From assembly GCA_966095605.1 (NCBI GenBank), contig CBHTTJ010000002.1, positions 8,702 through 72,701 on the forward strand: a DNA stretch of 64,000 nt, read 5' to 3'. Positions 30,892-39,596 of the stretch are shown in pieces. The stretch's first letter is position 1. Every line of letters begins with the position of its first letter. Below the pieces are notes generated by a model that made no database searches, was not told where the DNA came from, and worked only from the letters and a program-made list of their open reading frames with translations. The position numbers and the translations under genes were made by a program. The DNA is from an uncultured bacterium. Its GTDB lineage: Bacteria > Verrucomicrobiota > Verrucomicrobiia > Limisphaerales > JACDHS01.

Positions 30892-32880
30892 ATGAACAAA
30901 AATTTGCGCCGGGTCCGAACTGTTCTTCTGTCGCTTGCGGCTGTCTGCGTGGCGACCTCTCTTGGAGCGGCGGATGCGAAAAAGGGACCGTCTGGGCTGG
31001 TGGCGACGTTTACCAGCGCCGACGGAAAAACCACCGATCTCTGCGTGGTACCGAATCTCGCGCTGTATGTTCAACAAGGAAAAACGCCAAGCCCATTTGT
31101 CCCGGAAGGAAAGTTTACGGCCACCTGGGATGGTTTTATTTCTGTCGATCTTCGAGGCGATTACACATTTCAGGCGGAATTGAACGGGCAGTTGAAGATT
31201 GAAATCGGCACCAACGTTGTCCTGGAAGCCACCGGGAATGACTCTCTTTCGGCGCCAGGCAAATCAATTCGTTTGAGCAAGGGGACGAATGCTTTCAAGG
31301 CAACGTTTACTCCACCGGAAAAGGGGGATGCTTATGTCCGCTTGCGTTGGACTCCGAAAGGAAGCTTTTTGCAACCCGTTCCGCAGGCGGCATTGTCCCA
31401 TGCGGAAACTCCGGAACTGCAGAATGCTTTGAAGCGACATCTCGGACGCGAATTGTTCGTGGAACATCGCTGTGCCAAATGCCACGTGGGTCCGGACGTC
31501 AACGGATCGATTCCCGAACTCGCCATGGACGCGCCCGATCTTGAAAACATTGGTGCGCGCAGAAACTTTGAGTGGTTCATCGGCTGGATTGCGAGTCCAA
31601 AAGGCGTTCGTCCGCAAGCTCGGATGCCGCGGCTTTATCATGGTTGGGACAACACCGGGCAAAATGCCCTCGCCATTTCTGCTTATCTTTCGGGTCTCTC
31701 CATCGTCGATAAATTCGTTCCAAAGAATTTGGAACCTGCCGACGCGCCAGCCGGGAAAAAACTATTTCAAACCCTGAACTGCAAAGCCTGCCATAACGAC
31801 CCGGCGGCCAACGAAAACGATCTCGCCAAAATTTCGCTGAAAACAGTCGCGGTAAAGTTTACGCCAAATTCTTTGGTCGATTTTCTAAAGAAACCAGACG
31901 GCCATTACGCATGGATCCGTATGCCGACCTACAAATTGAGCGATAAGCAGCGCGATCAGCTGGCGGCGTTTCTCTTCGCGAACTCTGAAAAATTGAAAGG
32001 GATTCCGATTCCAACAGACAAAGGCACTCTGGAAAAAGGAAAGGGGCTTGTTCAGACATCAGGCTGTTTGAATTGCCACGCCTTGAATCTTGAAAACAAA
32101 TTTTCCACCAAGGCACTGGCAGACTTGAAAGATTTCAAGACCGGTTGCCTCGCGGAAAATCCGGATCAGACCAAGGCGCCAATTTTCCAATTTGTCGCTG
32201 CGGAACGTGAGGCGTTGCAGGCATTTTTGGAGAGCGATCATTCGTCGTTGGGCCGCCATGTGCCTGCGGAATTCGCCGAACGCCAGACCCGCTTGCTGAA
32301 TTGTCGTAATTGCCATGAAGGACAGATCGAAGGCATTCCGCACTTTGATTTGTTGGGTGGCAAGTTGAAGCCGGAATGGTCTGCGAAATTTATCAGCGGT
32401 GATTTTCCGGAAAAAATGAGGCCATGGCTCGACGCTCAGATGCCGGCGTTTAACAAACGAGCCGAACTTTTGGCCCAGGGACTTTCTGCCCAGAATGGTT
32501 TGCCTCCGCAAACGCCGGTCGAAGCTGCGATTGATGAGGAAGCCGCCAAGGTAGGCAACCGCTTAATTTCCGCACCTCCATTTGGTCTATCCTGTATCCA
32601 ATGTCATTCCGTTGGAACGTTTGCGGCGACACAGGTTTTCGAAGCGCCCGGGGTGAACCTCGCTTTTGCCGGTGAACGGTTGCAGCCGTCTTTCTTCAGA
32701 CGTTGGTTGCGAAATCCGCCACTGGTTGATCCTTCCACCAAGATGCCGGTTTATTTCGACGAAGAAGGGAAGAGTCCTTTGACGGAGATTTACGACGGCG
32801 ACGGCCCAAAGCAGATCAACGCGATCTGGCAGTATTTGCGTCTGGGATCGAAAATGCCTGGGCCGGTGCAGGAGAAATAG
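30892..32880 (+). CDS. exported PA14-domain pentahaem c-type cytochrome
   Basis: Start at ATG 30892 with a signal peptide. PA14-like N-terminus (GKFTATWDGFISVDLRGDYTFQAELNGQLKIEIG). Five CxxCH motifs: CAKCH, CKACH, CLNCH, CRNCH and CIQCH. Confidence 0.8.
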   Translation: MNKNLRRVRTVLLSLAAVCVATSLGAADAKKGPSGLVATFTSADGKTTDLCVVPNLALYVQQGKTPSPFVPEGKFTATWDGFISVDLRGDYTFQAELNGQLKIEIGTNVVLEATGNDSLSAPGKSIRLSKGTNAFKATFTPPEKGDAYVRLRWTPKGSFLQPVPQAALSHAETPELQNALKRHLGRELFVEHRCAKCHVGPDVNGSIPELAMDAPDLENIGARRNFEWFIGWIASPKGVRPQARMPRLYHGWDNTGQNALAISAYLSGLSIVDKFVPKNLEPADAPAGKKLFQTLNCKACHNDPAANENDLAKISLKTVAVKFTPNSLVDFLKKPDGHYAWIRMPTYKLSDKQRDQLAAFLFANSEKLKGIPIPTDKGTLEKGKGLVQTSGCLNCHALNLENKFSTKALADLKDFKTGCLAENPDQTKAPIFQFVAAEREALQAFLESDHSSLGRHVPAEFAERQTRLLNCRNCHEGQIEGIPHFDLLGGKLKPEWSAKFISGDFPEKMRPWLDAQMPAFNKRAELLAQGLSAQNGLPPQTPVEAAIDEEAAKVGNRLISAPPFGLSCIQCHSVGTFAATQVFEAPGVNLAFAGERLQPSFFRRWLRNPPLVDPSTKMPVYFDEEGKSPLTEIYDGDGPKQINAIWQYLRLGSKMPGPVQEK

Positions 32881-32938
32881 CCAAGGACTAAAGGGGCGCG
32901 AACCGTACTGAATTGTTCTGGCTAAACGGCTCCTGTTG

Positions 32939-32963
32939 GAAGTTGAGCCTTGGACTCAACTTC
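32939..32963. terminator. 9-bp stem-loop between convergent genes (possible terminator hairpin, no U-tract)
   Basis: GAAGTTGAG (32939-32947) / CTCAACTTC (32955-32963) with a 7-nt loop. Confidence 0.35.
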
Positions 32964-32998
32964 TCAATCCTGGGTTTGATTTCTCTCCGGGGATGCGC

Positions 32999-33376
32999 TC
33001 AGGCCACGTCGGCGTCAAATTCGTATTGATCGCCCTCCGCCGCGGTCGCGTCATTTTCTTTGGGGGCACCAGCATGAAAGCGCCAGTTGCGGAGCTTGTG
33101 CGTATGAGAGGAGAACTTGTTTTTCTCGTCCTTTTCAGCCACTTCCACCGATACTTCTGGAAAGGATCCCATATTTAGTAATCTGCCGATCGGCAAAAAA
33201 GCCCCCCGGCCGTGATCTTTACCCAGGCGGAGGAAACCGCACGCAATCACTTTACCTTCTGTCGTTTTAACAATGGCAGGCGTATCACTGCCACTGGCAC
33301 AGCAATTACATTTCATACACCTGCATTTTAGCAACGGGTATACCAGTTCAAATCTGCTTCGGATTTCACAACTCAC
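32999..33376 (-). CDS. hypothetical Cys-rich small protein with acidic tail
   Basis: 125-aa ORF with an alternative start at ATG 33316 (MKCNCCASGSD...). No recognisable family. It is the only ORF pointing away from the 41-bp palindrome array, and its coding status is uncertain. Confidence 0.35.
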   Translation of the reverse strand: MSCEIRSRFELVYPLLKCRCMKCNCCASGSDTPAIVKTTEGKVIACGFLRLGKDHGRGAFLPIGRLLNMGSFPEVSVEVAEKDEKNKFSSHTHKLRNWRFHAGAPKENDATAAEGDQYEFDADVA

Positions 33377-33540
33377 TGGTAATCAATTTGTTTTGCAATT
33401 GCGCGAACGTTATTTTCCTTCCTGGCAACAGGAATTCTGTTTGGGGAGGCTTCTCTTTCGCGGAATCGAATTAATAGCCCCGAGAGCGCCTTCTGGAAGA
33501 GGATTTGCCGTCGATTCTGAGATCCCGGAGGGCCCAAAAT

Positions 33541-33868
33541 CGTTTTTTCATCTGAAAACTCGTTTTCGAACGTTCCTTTTTTGATTTTTCATCGAAAAAC
33601 TTATGCAACTACGCTCCTGGATTAGTTTTTCGTTTGAAAAACCGTTTGGAGAGGCCCGCCAAATCATTTTTCATTTGAAAACTTCTGCAGTCGGGCCCCG
33701 AAATCAGTTTTTCATCTGAAAAATCATTTTGGGACCGTCCTTTTTCCGTTTTTCATTTGAAAACTTATCCAGCCATCGTTCTGAATAAGTTTTTCATTTG
33801 AAAAAGCGTTTCAGGACGCTGCTTGGAGAGCTTTTCATTAAAACATACAGTCTTGGGAACTGGAAGGT
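33541..33868. repeat. array of 8 exactly 41-bp-phased units conserving only a TTTTCAYYTGAAAA palindrome
   Basis: The TTTTC of the core starts at 33545, 33586, 33627, 33668, 33709, 33750, 33791 and 33832, with the last copy degenerate. The core is about GTTTTTCATYTGAAAA. The intervening ~24 nt are diverged with only residual similarity (GGGCCC..AAAT / CCTTTTT tails). Confidence 0.9.
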
Positions 33869-34261
33869 CGCTGGTTTTCAAAAGATTGCTTTTTCAACAA
33901 TGTTTTTGGATATCTTTATCTTTTATAGAGAGTTCTAACCGGATTTTTTTCGCTTTCTTCGTTTTTGAGAAATTCCCCGACGGAAAATAGGGGCGATTTT
34001 ACCAATATCTGGGCACTCGCCCACCGGCGAGACAGTGACTGTCTCAGTCGGTGACACTTCCTTAGAGGTGTATCGGGAAAACGCCTACAAATCCGAGAAA
34101 AAGATCCCGGCATAGTCCCTGCTTAAAAGACTCGTCCGCCATGCCTTTCCAAAATGGGAAACGGAAAGGTTTTGTCCTTCGGACATGTTGGTCAGCAGTT
34201 TTGGAAAATAGTCGGGGTTTGTTTCAGGAGAAAAGAAACAAACAGAACTGAGTAAAAACCT

Positions 34262-37200
34262 ATGAAAATCGCTGCAAAAACGACCGCCCTCCTCGCGCTC
34301 GCTACCTCGTTGTTTCTTGGATCCAAAATGACCGCCTCTGCGGATGAATTCCGTGGATTGTGGGTCGACGCTTTTGGATCTGGATTCCTGAACTCAAATG
34401 AAGTCGCCAATCTCGTGGCGGATTGTAAAAACTATAACTTCAATGCCGTAGTCGTGGAAATGCGGCGTCGTGGTGATGCTTTTTACATTCCCCATGCGCC
34501 AAACCAGGATCCGAAGACGACGGCCATCGCCGCTAACTTTGACTCCCTCGGCGAACTCATTCGCCAATGTCACCAGAGTAATCCTCGCATTGAAGTGCAT
34601 TGCTGGGCTGTCGCGAATCTGATCTGGAGCGGCACGTCGGCTCCGACGCAAGCGGGTCACGTTTACAATACTCACCCGGAATATTTAACGAAGACATCGG
34701 GTGGCAATACTTTATTCTCAGAAGGTTACTTCCTGGATCCCGGTCATCCGGACGCCATGCAATGGAACTATAATATGGCGAAAGACATCGTGAGCAATTA
34801 CGACGTCGACGGTTTTCATTGGGATTATATTCGTTATCCGCAACAAGACGCTGGTTACAACGCCACGGCGATTGCGCGTTATAATGCTGAATTTGGAACC
34901 ACCGGTATCCCATCCATCAGCAGCTCCCAATTCTCGACCTGGCGCCGCCGCCAAGTCACTGATTTCATTCGTTGGGCAAATGCCGATCTTTTGGAGATTA
35001 AACCATCTCTCGTTATCTCCGCAGCCGTTTTTGCGAATCGCACGGACGCTTTCAGTTTCCGCTTCCAGGATTGGTCTGCGTGGAACACGGAAGGTTTGCT
35101 GGATGTGTTCATGCCGATGAACTACAGCGCGGATAACGCAACGTTTAATTCACGTGTCGACGACGCCTTTACTCACCAGGGTATCCGTCGTTGTTACATG
35201 GGGCAGGGCGCTTACCTGAACACGAAAGAAAACACGCTGACCCAGATGCAATATGTTCGCAATAAGCCGATGTCCGGCAGTTTGGTTTACAGCTATCGCA
35301 CTTCGAACAGTGGAACCGTTAATCAGGACGCTACGTTCCAATATATTAAGGACAATTTCCAGCCGACATGGCAGCCAACGCCAGCGCTCCCATGGGTCGC
35401 AAATCCAACGACGGCGATCATCAAAGGTACTGTGGTCAATCAAAACACCGGTGCTGCACTTTACAATGCAACGGTGAAAATTACCGGCCGCACGCAGCTC
35501 ACAGAGCCACACGGCAAATATGCTTTTTATGAAGTTCCGGTCGGTTCTTATTCTGTCACGGCGGTTTATGCCGGCGTGACCAGCGCTCCTGTGAGCATCA
35601 CTGCGACGGCTGGCGCAATTCTTAATGCCAACCTTTCGATCAATCTTCCGCTTGCTCCTGACACTACGGCCCCTGTCATCTCAGCGGTAACGGTCAGCGG
35701 TTTGTCTTCCAACTCTGTCACAATCAATTGGACCACGGACGAAGCTTCCGATGGTCGTGTTGAATATGGTTTGACGGCAAACTACGGCAGCACTGCCTTG
35801 AATGGTTCAGCCGTCACCAGCCACACGGTCACACTGACTGGATTGGCTCCGATGACTTCTTATAATTATCGCGTGATTTCTCAGGATCCCTCGGGCAATA
35901 CAGCGACTTCCGGCAACTTCCAGTTCACCACGATGCCTGCGAACTCGGATATCATTATTGATAACCCAGCGGCAACCACGGTCGGCAGCTGGACCACCGC
36001 TTCGAGCTCTACAGATCGTTTTGGTGCGGATTACAAATTCAAGAGCAAAGGCACAGGCACGGCGTTCTTGCAATTCACGCCGAACATCCCGGTCAACGGT
36101 AACTACCAGGTTTTTGAATGGCACGCCCAAGGCAGCAATCGTCCGACGAACGCTCCGGTCGTTGTGACCTCTGTTGGTGGGACCCAGACGGTGAGCGTGA
36201 ATCAACAAATTAACGGGGGTAAGTGGGTTTATGTTGGCACCTTCAACTTCCTCGCCGGAACGTCCGGTAATGTAAAAGTCACCGATGGATTTACCGGCCC
36301 GACCAACGGTGTGGTGATGGCGGATGCGATTCGTTTCATCTATGTCCCGGACGGCACATCTTCGGAAATCATCGTCGATAATCCGGCGGCTGTGCTCACT
36401 GGAACATGGACTTTGGCCAGTTCTTCTACCGATCGTTTCGGTGCGGATTACCGCTTCAAGAGCCGTGCGACGACCACCACCAATTCGGCGACCTTTACAC
36501 CAGCTTTGAAGGTTCCTGGAACTTATCAGGTTTATGAAATGCATCCAGCTGGCAGCAACCGCGCTCTGAATGCTCCGCATCTCGTGACCTTTGGTGATGG
36601 AACGCAAACGCAAACCATCTTTGTTAATCAACAAGTCAGCGGTGGAAAATGGAATCTCCTCGGCACGTTCAACTTCGGCACGAATACGGCCGCGAGCGTG
36701 AAGATTAGTGATAACTTTGCGACACCAACGAACGGCGTCGTTATGGCCGATGCGATTCGCTTCGTCTTTGTTGCTCCGACACCGGCTCCATCGGAACCGA
36801 TCGATGTTTTGGCAACGGCTCTCTCCACCAGCTCGGTTCGTCTCGACTGGACGGACACGTCGGCGAACGAAAGCAGCTTTGTTGTTGCCCGCAGCACAAC
36901 CGCTGGCGGACCCTACACCGATGTGGCGACGCTCTCCTCGAATGTCGTTTCTTATGTCAATGCAGGTTTAAACGAACAAACCACGTATTATTATGTTGTC
37001 CGCGCCACTGGATCGACTGGCACTTCGGAAAACTCTGCTGAAGCCAGTGCTACCACCTTGCAAGCGCCTCCTGCTGCTCCGACCATTCTCTCGGCGTTGC
37101 CAACCAGCGCTTCCCAGATCAACCTGAGCTGGGTTGACAATGATGGCAGCTCTGACTTGACGTTTATCGTCGGTCGCAGCTCGAGCCAGAGTGGGCCATT

Positions 37201-39418
37201 CACTGATATCGCTTTTGTTCCTCCGCAAGTCGTGAACTTCAGTGATACTGGTTTGGAAGCTTCTACCACTTATTACTATCGCGTCCGCGCTCAAAACTCC
37301 GGTGGTGATTCTGCGAATTCCAATGTCGCGGGCGCTACCACGTTCCCAGCGGCTCCTGCGGCTCCGATCAATGCGACGGCCGTCGCGATCAGCTCTTCAG
37401 CGATCGACTTCAGCTGGGTCTCGACAGCGAGCGATGTGGATTCTTTCATCGTCTCTCGCAGCACCGGACTCGGAACGCTGGTCGATGTCGCAACGCTTCC
37501 TGGGAGTGCGTCGGTTTATCACGACACTGGGCTCCTCGCTCATACGATGTATTTCTATGCCGTGCGCGCGGCTAACAGCGGCGGTGCTTCGTCTTCGACC
37601 ATTGCGAACGCCACCACGCACAACAACGCTCCCACAGCAGGTGCTTCTGCTCCGCAAAATGTTTCTGCCAATAATAATTGCGAAGGTTCGGTCACGTTGG
37701 ATGGATCCAGCTCAACTGATCCGGATGGTGACAGCCTGAGCTACCTCTGGAGTGGTTCCTTCGGCAATGCGACGGGTGTTTCTCCAACGGTGGTCCTGCC
37801 GGTCGGCCAAAACCCGGTCACGCTCACCGTCAATGACGGTCATGGTGGCAGTTCCTCAGTTTCCATTACGATCGTTGTCTCGGATACGACCGCTCCGACG
37901 ATCACGTTGCTCGGTGCGAATCCATTGCTGGTGCAATGTGCTTCGTTCTTTGCTGATCCAGGTGCCACGGCGATTGATTCCTGCAGCGGCGATCTGACAG
38001 CTTCGATCAACGTCTCTTCGGACGTGAATCCGTATGTCGTTGGTGATTACACCGCCACTTACAATGTGGCTGATCAAAGCGGCAATCAGACAACGGTCAC
38101 CCGTGTCATCCGCGTCATCGACACTCTGCCGCCGGTAGTCAGTCTGGTCGGCGCGAATCCGTTGGTGATTCAGGCGAAGGATCTCTTTGTTGATCCGGGC
38201 GTGACTGCTTGCGATATTTGCGATCCAAATCTCACAACGGTTGTTTCCGGCACGGTGGATACGAGTGTTCTGGGTGATTACACCTTGACCTACACCTCCA
38301 CCGACCCAAGCGGCAACAGCGCCAGCATCAGCCGCACGGTCACGGTGGTTGATACGATTGCTCCAGTTCTCACCCTGAATGGTCATAGCTCAATGACGAT
38401 CGAATGCCATAGCGCCTACACCGAAGAAGGTGCAACGGCGATCGACGCGTTCGCGGGTGATCTCGGCGCTTCAATCGAAGTTTACGGTTCTGTTGATCCG
38501 AATACCCCTGGCATCTACACCGTGACTTATGCTGTGACTGATCCGAGCGGCAACACGGCTGGTGCTGAACGCACGATTTATGTTGTCGACACGACCGCGC
38601 CGGCCTTGACCTTGAATGGTGCGAGTTCCATGACGGTTGAAGCGAACAGCAGCTTCGCTGACCCAGGCGCGAGTGCGACCGATGTCTGCGCTGGTGATCT
38701 TACCTCTGCGATTGCCGTAACGGGTACGGTCGATACAACTGTGGTTGGCAGCTACACCCTCACATATCAAGTGACGGATGTGAGCGGCAATCAAGCTACC
38801 GCTATCCGCACAGTCAACGTGGTTGATACCACTGCTCCGAGCATCACTCTTGATGGTCCAAACTTCATGACGGTGGAATGCCACAGCGCTTTCCGCGCTC
38901 CTGGTGCTAAAGCTACAGATAAAGTCTCGGGTGACATCAGTGCTTCGATCGTTGTCACGGGCACGGTGGACGCAAATGTCCCTGGCACTTACACGTTGAC
39001 CTACACGGCCACAGACGCGAGCGGCAACAGCTCCTCAGCCAGTCGCACGGTTCAAGTTACCGATACCACGGCTCCGGAAATCACCGCGGCCTCTGCTTCG
39101 CCAAACGTCCTGACCGCTCCGAACCACACTATGGTTTCAGTGACCCTCTCTGTTTCTGCTACGGATGGTTGCGACTCGGCGATCACGAGCCAGATCCTTT
39201 CCGTGAAGTGCAATCAGCCAATCAATGGTCTCGGCGATGGCAACACCTCGCCTGATTGGCAGGTGACTGGTCCGCTTACTTTGGACCTTCGCGCTGAACG
39301 CGCCGGAAATCTCGGCGATCGCATCTACACCGTAACCGTTCAAACCGTGGATGCCTCCGGCAACGTCTCCACTAAGAACGTCGCTGTGACAGTGCCGCAC
39401 GATCAGGCCAAGAAGTAG
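34262..39418 (+). CDS. 1718-aa secreted multidomain surface protein with glycoside-hydrolase-like family 10 (GHL10) N-terminus
   Basis: Signal peptide, then a GHL10-like TIM barrel (FRGLWVDAF ... DGFHWDYIRYP). A CarboxypepD_reg-like domain and an FN3/PAP-N-like domain follow. Next come two tandem ~135-aa CBM-like ('golvesin C-terminal-like') domains, three FN3, a PKD domain (DGSSSTDPDGDSLSYLW), five DUF5011/HYR-like Ig repeats and a C-terminal domain. Confidence 0.85.
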   Translation: MKIAAKTTALLALATSLFLGSKMTASADEFRGLWVDAFGSGFLNSNEVANLVADCKNYNFNAVVVEMRRRGDAFYIPHAPNQDPKTTAIAANFDSLGELIRQCHQSNPRIEVHCWAVANLIWSGTSAPTQAGHVYNTHPEYLTKTSGGNTLFSEGYFLDPGHPDAMQWNYNMAKDIVSNYDVDGFHWDYIRYPQQDAGYNATAIARYNAEFGTTGIPSISSSQFSTWRRRQVTDFIRWANADLLEIKPSLVISAAVFANRTDAFSFRFQDWSAWNTEGLLDVFMPMNYSADNATFNSRVDDAFTHQGIRRCYMGQGAYLNTKENTLTQMQYVRNKPMSGSLVYSYRTSNSGTVNQDATFQYIKDNFQPTWQPTPALPWVANPTTAIIKGTVVNQNTGAALYNATVKITGRTQLTEPHGKYAFYEVPVGSYSVTAVYAGVTSAPVSITATAGAILNANLSINLPLAPDTTAPVISAVTVSGLSSNSVTINWTTDEASDGRVEYGLTANYGSTALNGSAVTSHTVTLTGLAPMTSYNYRVISQDPSGNTATSGNFQFTTMPANSDIIIDNPAATTVGSWTTASSSTDRFGADYKFKSKGTGTAFLQFTPNIPVNGNYQVFEWHAQGSNRPTNAPVVVTSVGGTQTVSVNQQINGGKWVYVGTFNFLAGTSGNVKVTDGFTGPTNGVVMADAIRFIYVPDGTSSEIIVDNPAAVLTGTWTLASSSTDRFGADYRFKSRATTTTNSATFTPALKVPGTYQVYEMHPAGSNRALNAPHLVTFGDGTQTQTIFVNQQVSGGKWNLLGTFNFGTNTAASVKISDNFATPTNGVVMADAIRFVFVAPTPAPSEPIDVLATALSTSSVRLDWTDTSANESSFVVARSTTAGGPYTDVATLSSNVVSYVNAGLNEQTTYYYVVRATGSTGTSENSAEASATTLQAPPAAPTILSALPTSASQINLSWVDNDGSSDLTFIVGRSSSQSGPFTDIAFVPPQVVNFSDTGLEASTTYYYRVRAQNSGGDSANSNVAGATTFPAAPAAPINATAVAISSSAIDFSWVSTASDVDSFIVSRSTGLGTLVDVATLPGSASVYHDTGLLAHTMYFYAVRAANSGGASSSTIANATTHNNAPTAGASAPQNVSANNNCEGSVTLDGSSSTDPDGDSLSYLWSGSFGNATGVSPTVVLPVGQNPVTLTVNDGHGGSSSVSITIVVSDTTAPTITLLGANPLLVQCASFFADPGATAIDSCSGDLTASINVSSDVNPYVVGDYTATYNVADQSGNQTTVTRVIRVIDTLPPVVSLVGANPLVIQAKDLFVDPGVTACDICDPNLTTVVSGTVDTSVLGDYTLTYTSTDPSGNSASISRTVTVVDTIAPVLTLNGHSSMTIECHSAYTEEGATAIDAFAGDLGASIEVYGSVDPNTPGIYTVTYAVTDPSGNTAGAERTIYVVDTTAPALTLNGASSMTVEANSSFADPGASATDVCAGDLTSAIAVTGTVDTTVVGSYTLTYQVTDVSGNQATAIRTVNVVDTTAPSITLDGPNFMTVECHSAFRAPGAKATDKVSGDISASIVVTGTVDANVPGTYTLTYTATDASGNSSSASRTVQVTDTTAPEITAASASPNVLTAPNHTMVSVTLSVSATDGCDSAITSQILSVKCNQPINGLGDGNTSPDWQVTGPLTLDLRAERAGNLGDRIYTVTVQTVDASGNVSTKNVAVTVPHDQAKK
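35951..36775 (+). repeat. tandem duplication of a ~135-aa CBM-like domain inside the 1718-aa gene
   Basis: IIIDNPAATTVGSWTTASSSTDRFGADYKFKS ... VVMADAIRFIYV (35951-36350) and IIVDNPAAVLTGTWTLASSSTDRFGADYRFKS ... VVMADAIRFVFV (36368-36775). A third copy occurs in the 2956-aa gene. Confidence 0.8.
37883..39060 (+). repeat. five tandem ~78-aa DUF5011/HYR-like Ig-fold repeats (coding)
   Basis: Each unit starts D(T)TAP.(I/L)TL.G and ends R(T)V.VVDT. Units contain ADPGA(T/S)A.D..(S/A)GDL and (G)(D/S)YT(L/A)TY...D.SGN. Confidence 0.8.
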
Positions 39419-39442
39419 TTTTTGCAGCCCATGGGAATCAAG

Positions 39443-39478
39443 AAGGCAGGATGAGTAATCGTCCTGCCTTTTTTCTTT
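39443..39478 (+). terminator. Rho-independent terminator of the 1718-aa gene
   Basis: Stem AAGGCAGGA / TCCTGCCTT (39443-39451 / 39462-39470), followed by TTTTTTCTTT. Confidence 0.75.
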
Positions 39479-39596
39479 ACTAAAACCTGGCCTGGCCCGC
39501 GGTGGACAATTGCGGAAGTGACGTGGAACTGTAGCTGCTGTTCTCATTTTATCCTCACTGGGCAACATCACTCGGTAAATCCTTGGAATCAAAAAT

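Noticed and set aside
33541-33868. Possible CRISPR array (regular ~41-bp period with variable inter-repeat segments)
   Set aside because: The conserved core is only ~16-18 nt and the 'spacers' are ~23-25 nt and retain residual similarity to each other, so this is a decayed tandem repeat. There are no cas genes in the 64 kb. A palindrome with a 2-nt centre suits protein binding better than a crRNA hairpin.
33916-34410. Minus-strand ORFs 33916..34113 and 34192..34410 in the leader of the 1718-aa gene
   Set aside because: They are short and featureless. The second overlaps the well-supported start and signal peptide of the giant gene.
35807-38884. Several 130-275-aa minus-strand ORFs inside the 1718-aa gene (35807..36634, 37856..38386, 38471..38884)
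   Set aside because: Their composition is Arg-rich, which is typical of antisense translation. The plus frame is continuous for 5.1 kb with recognisable domains.
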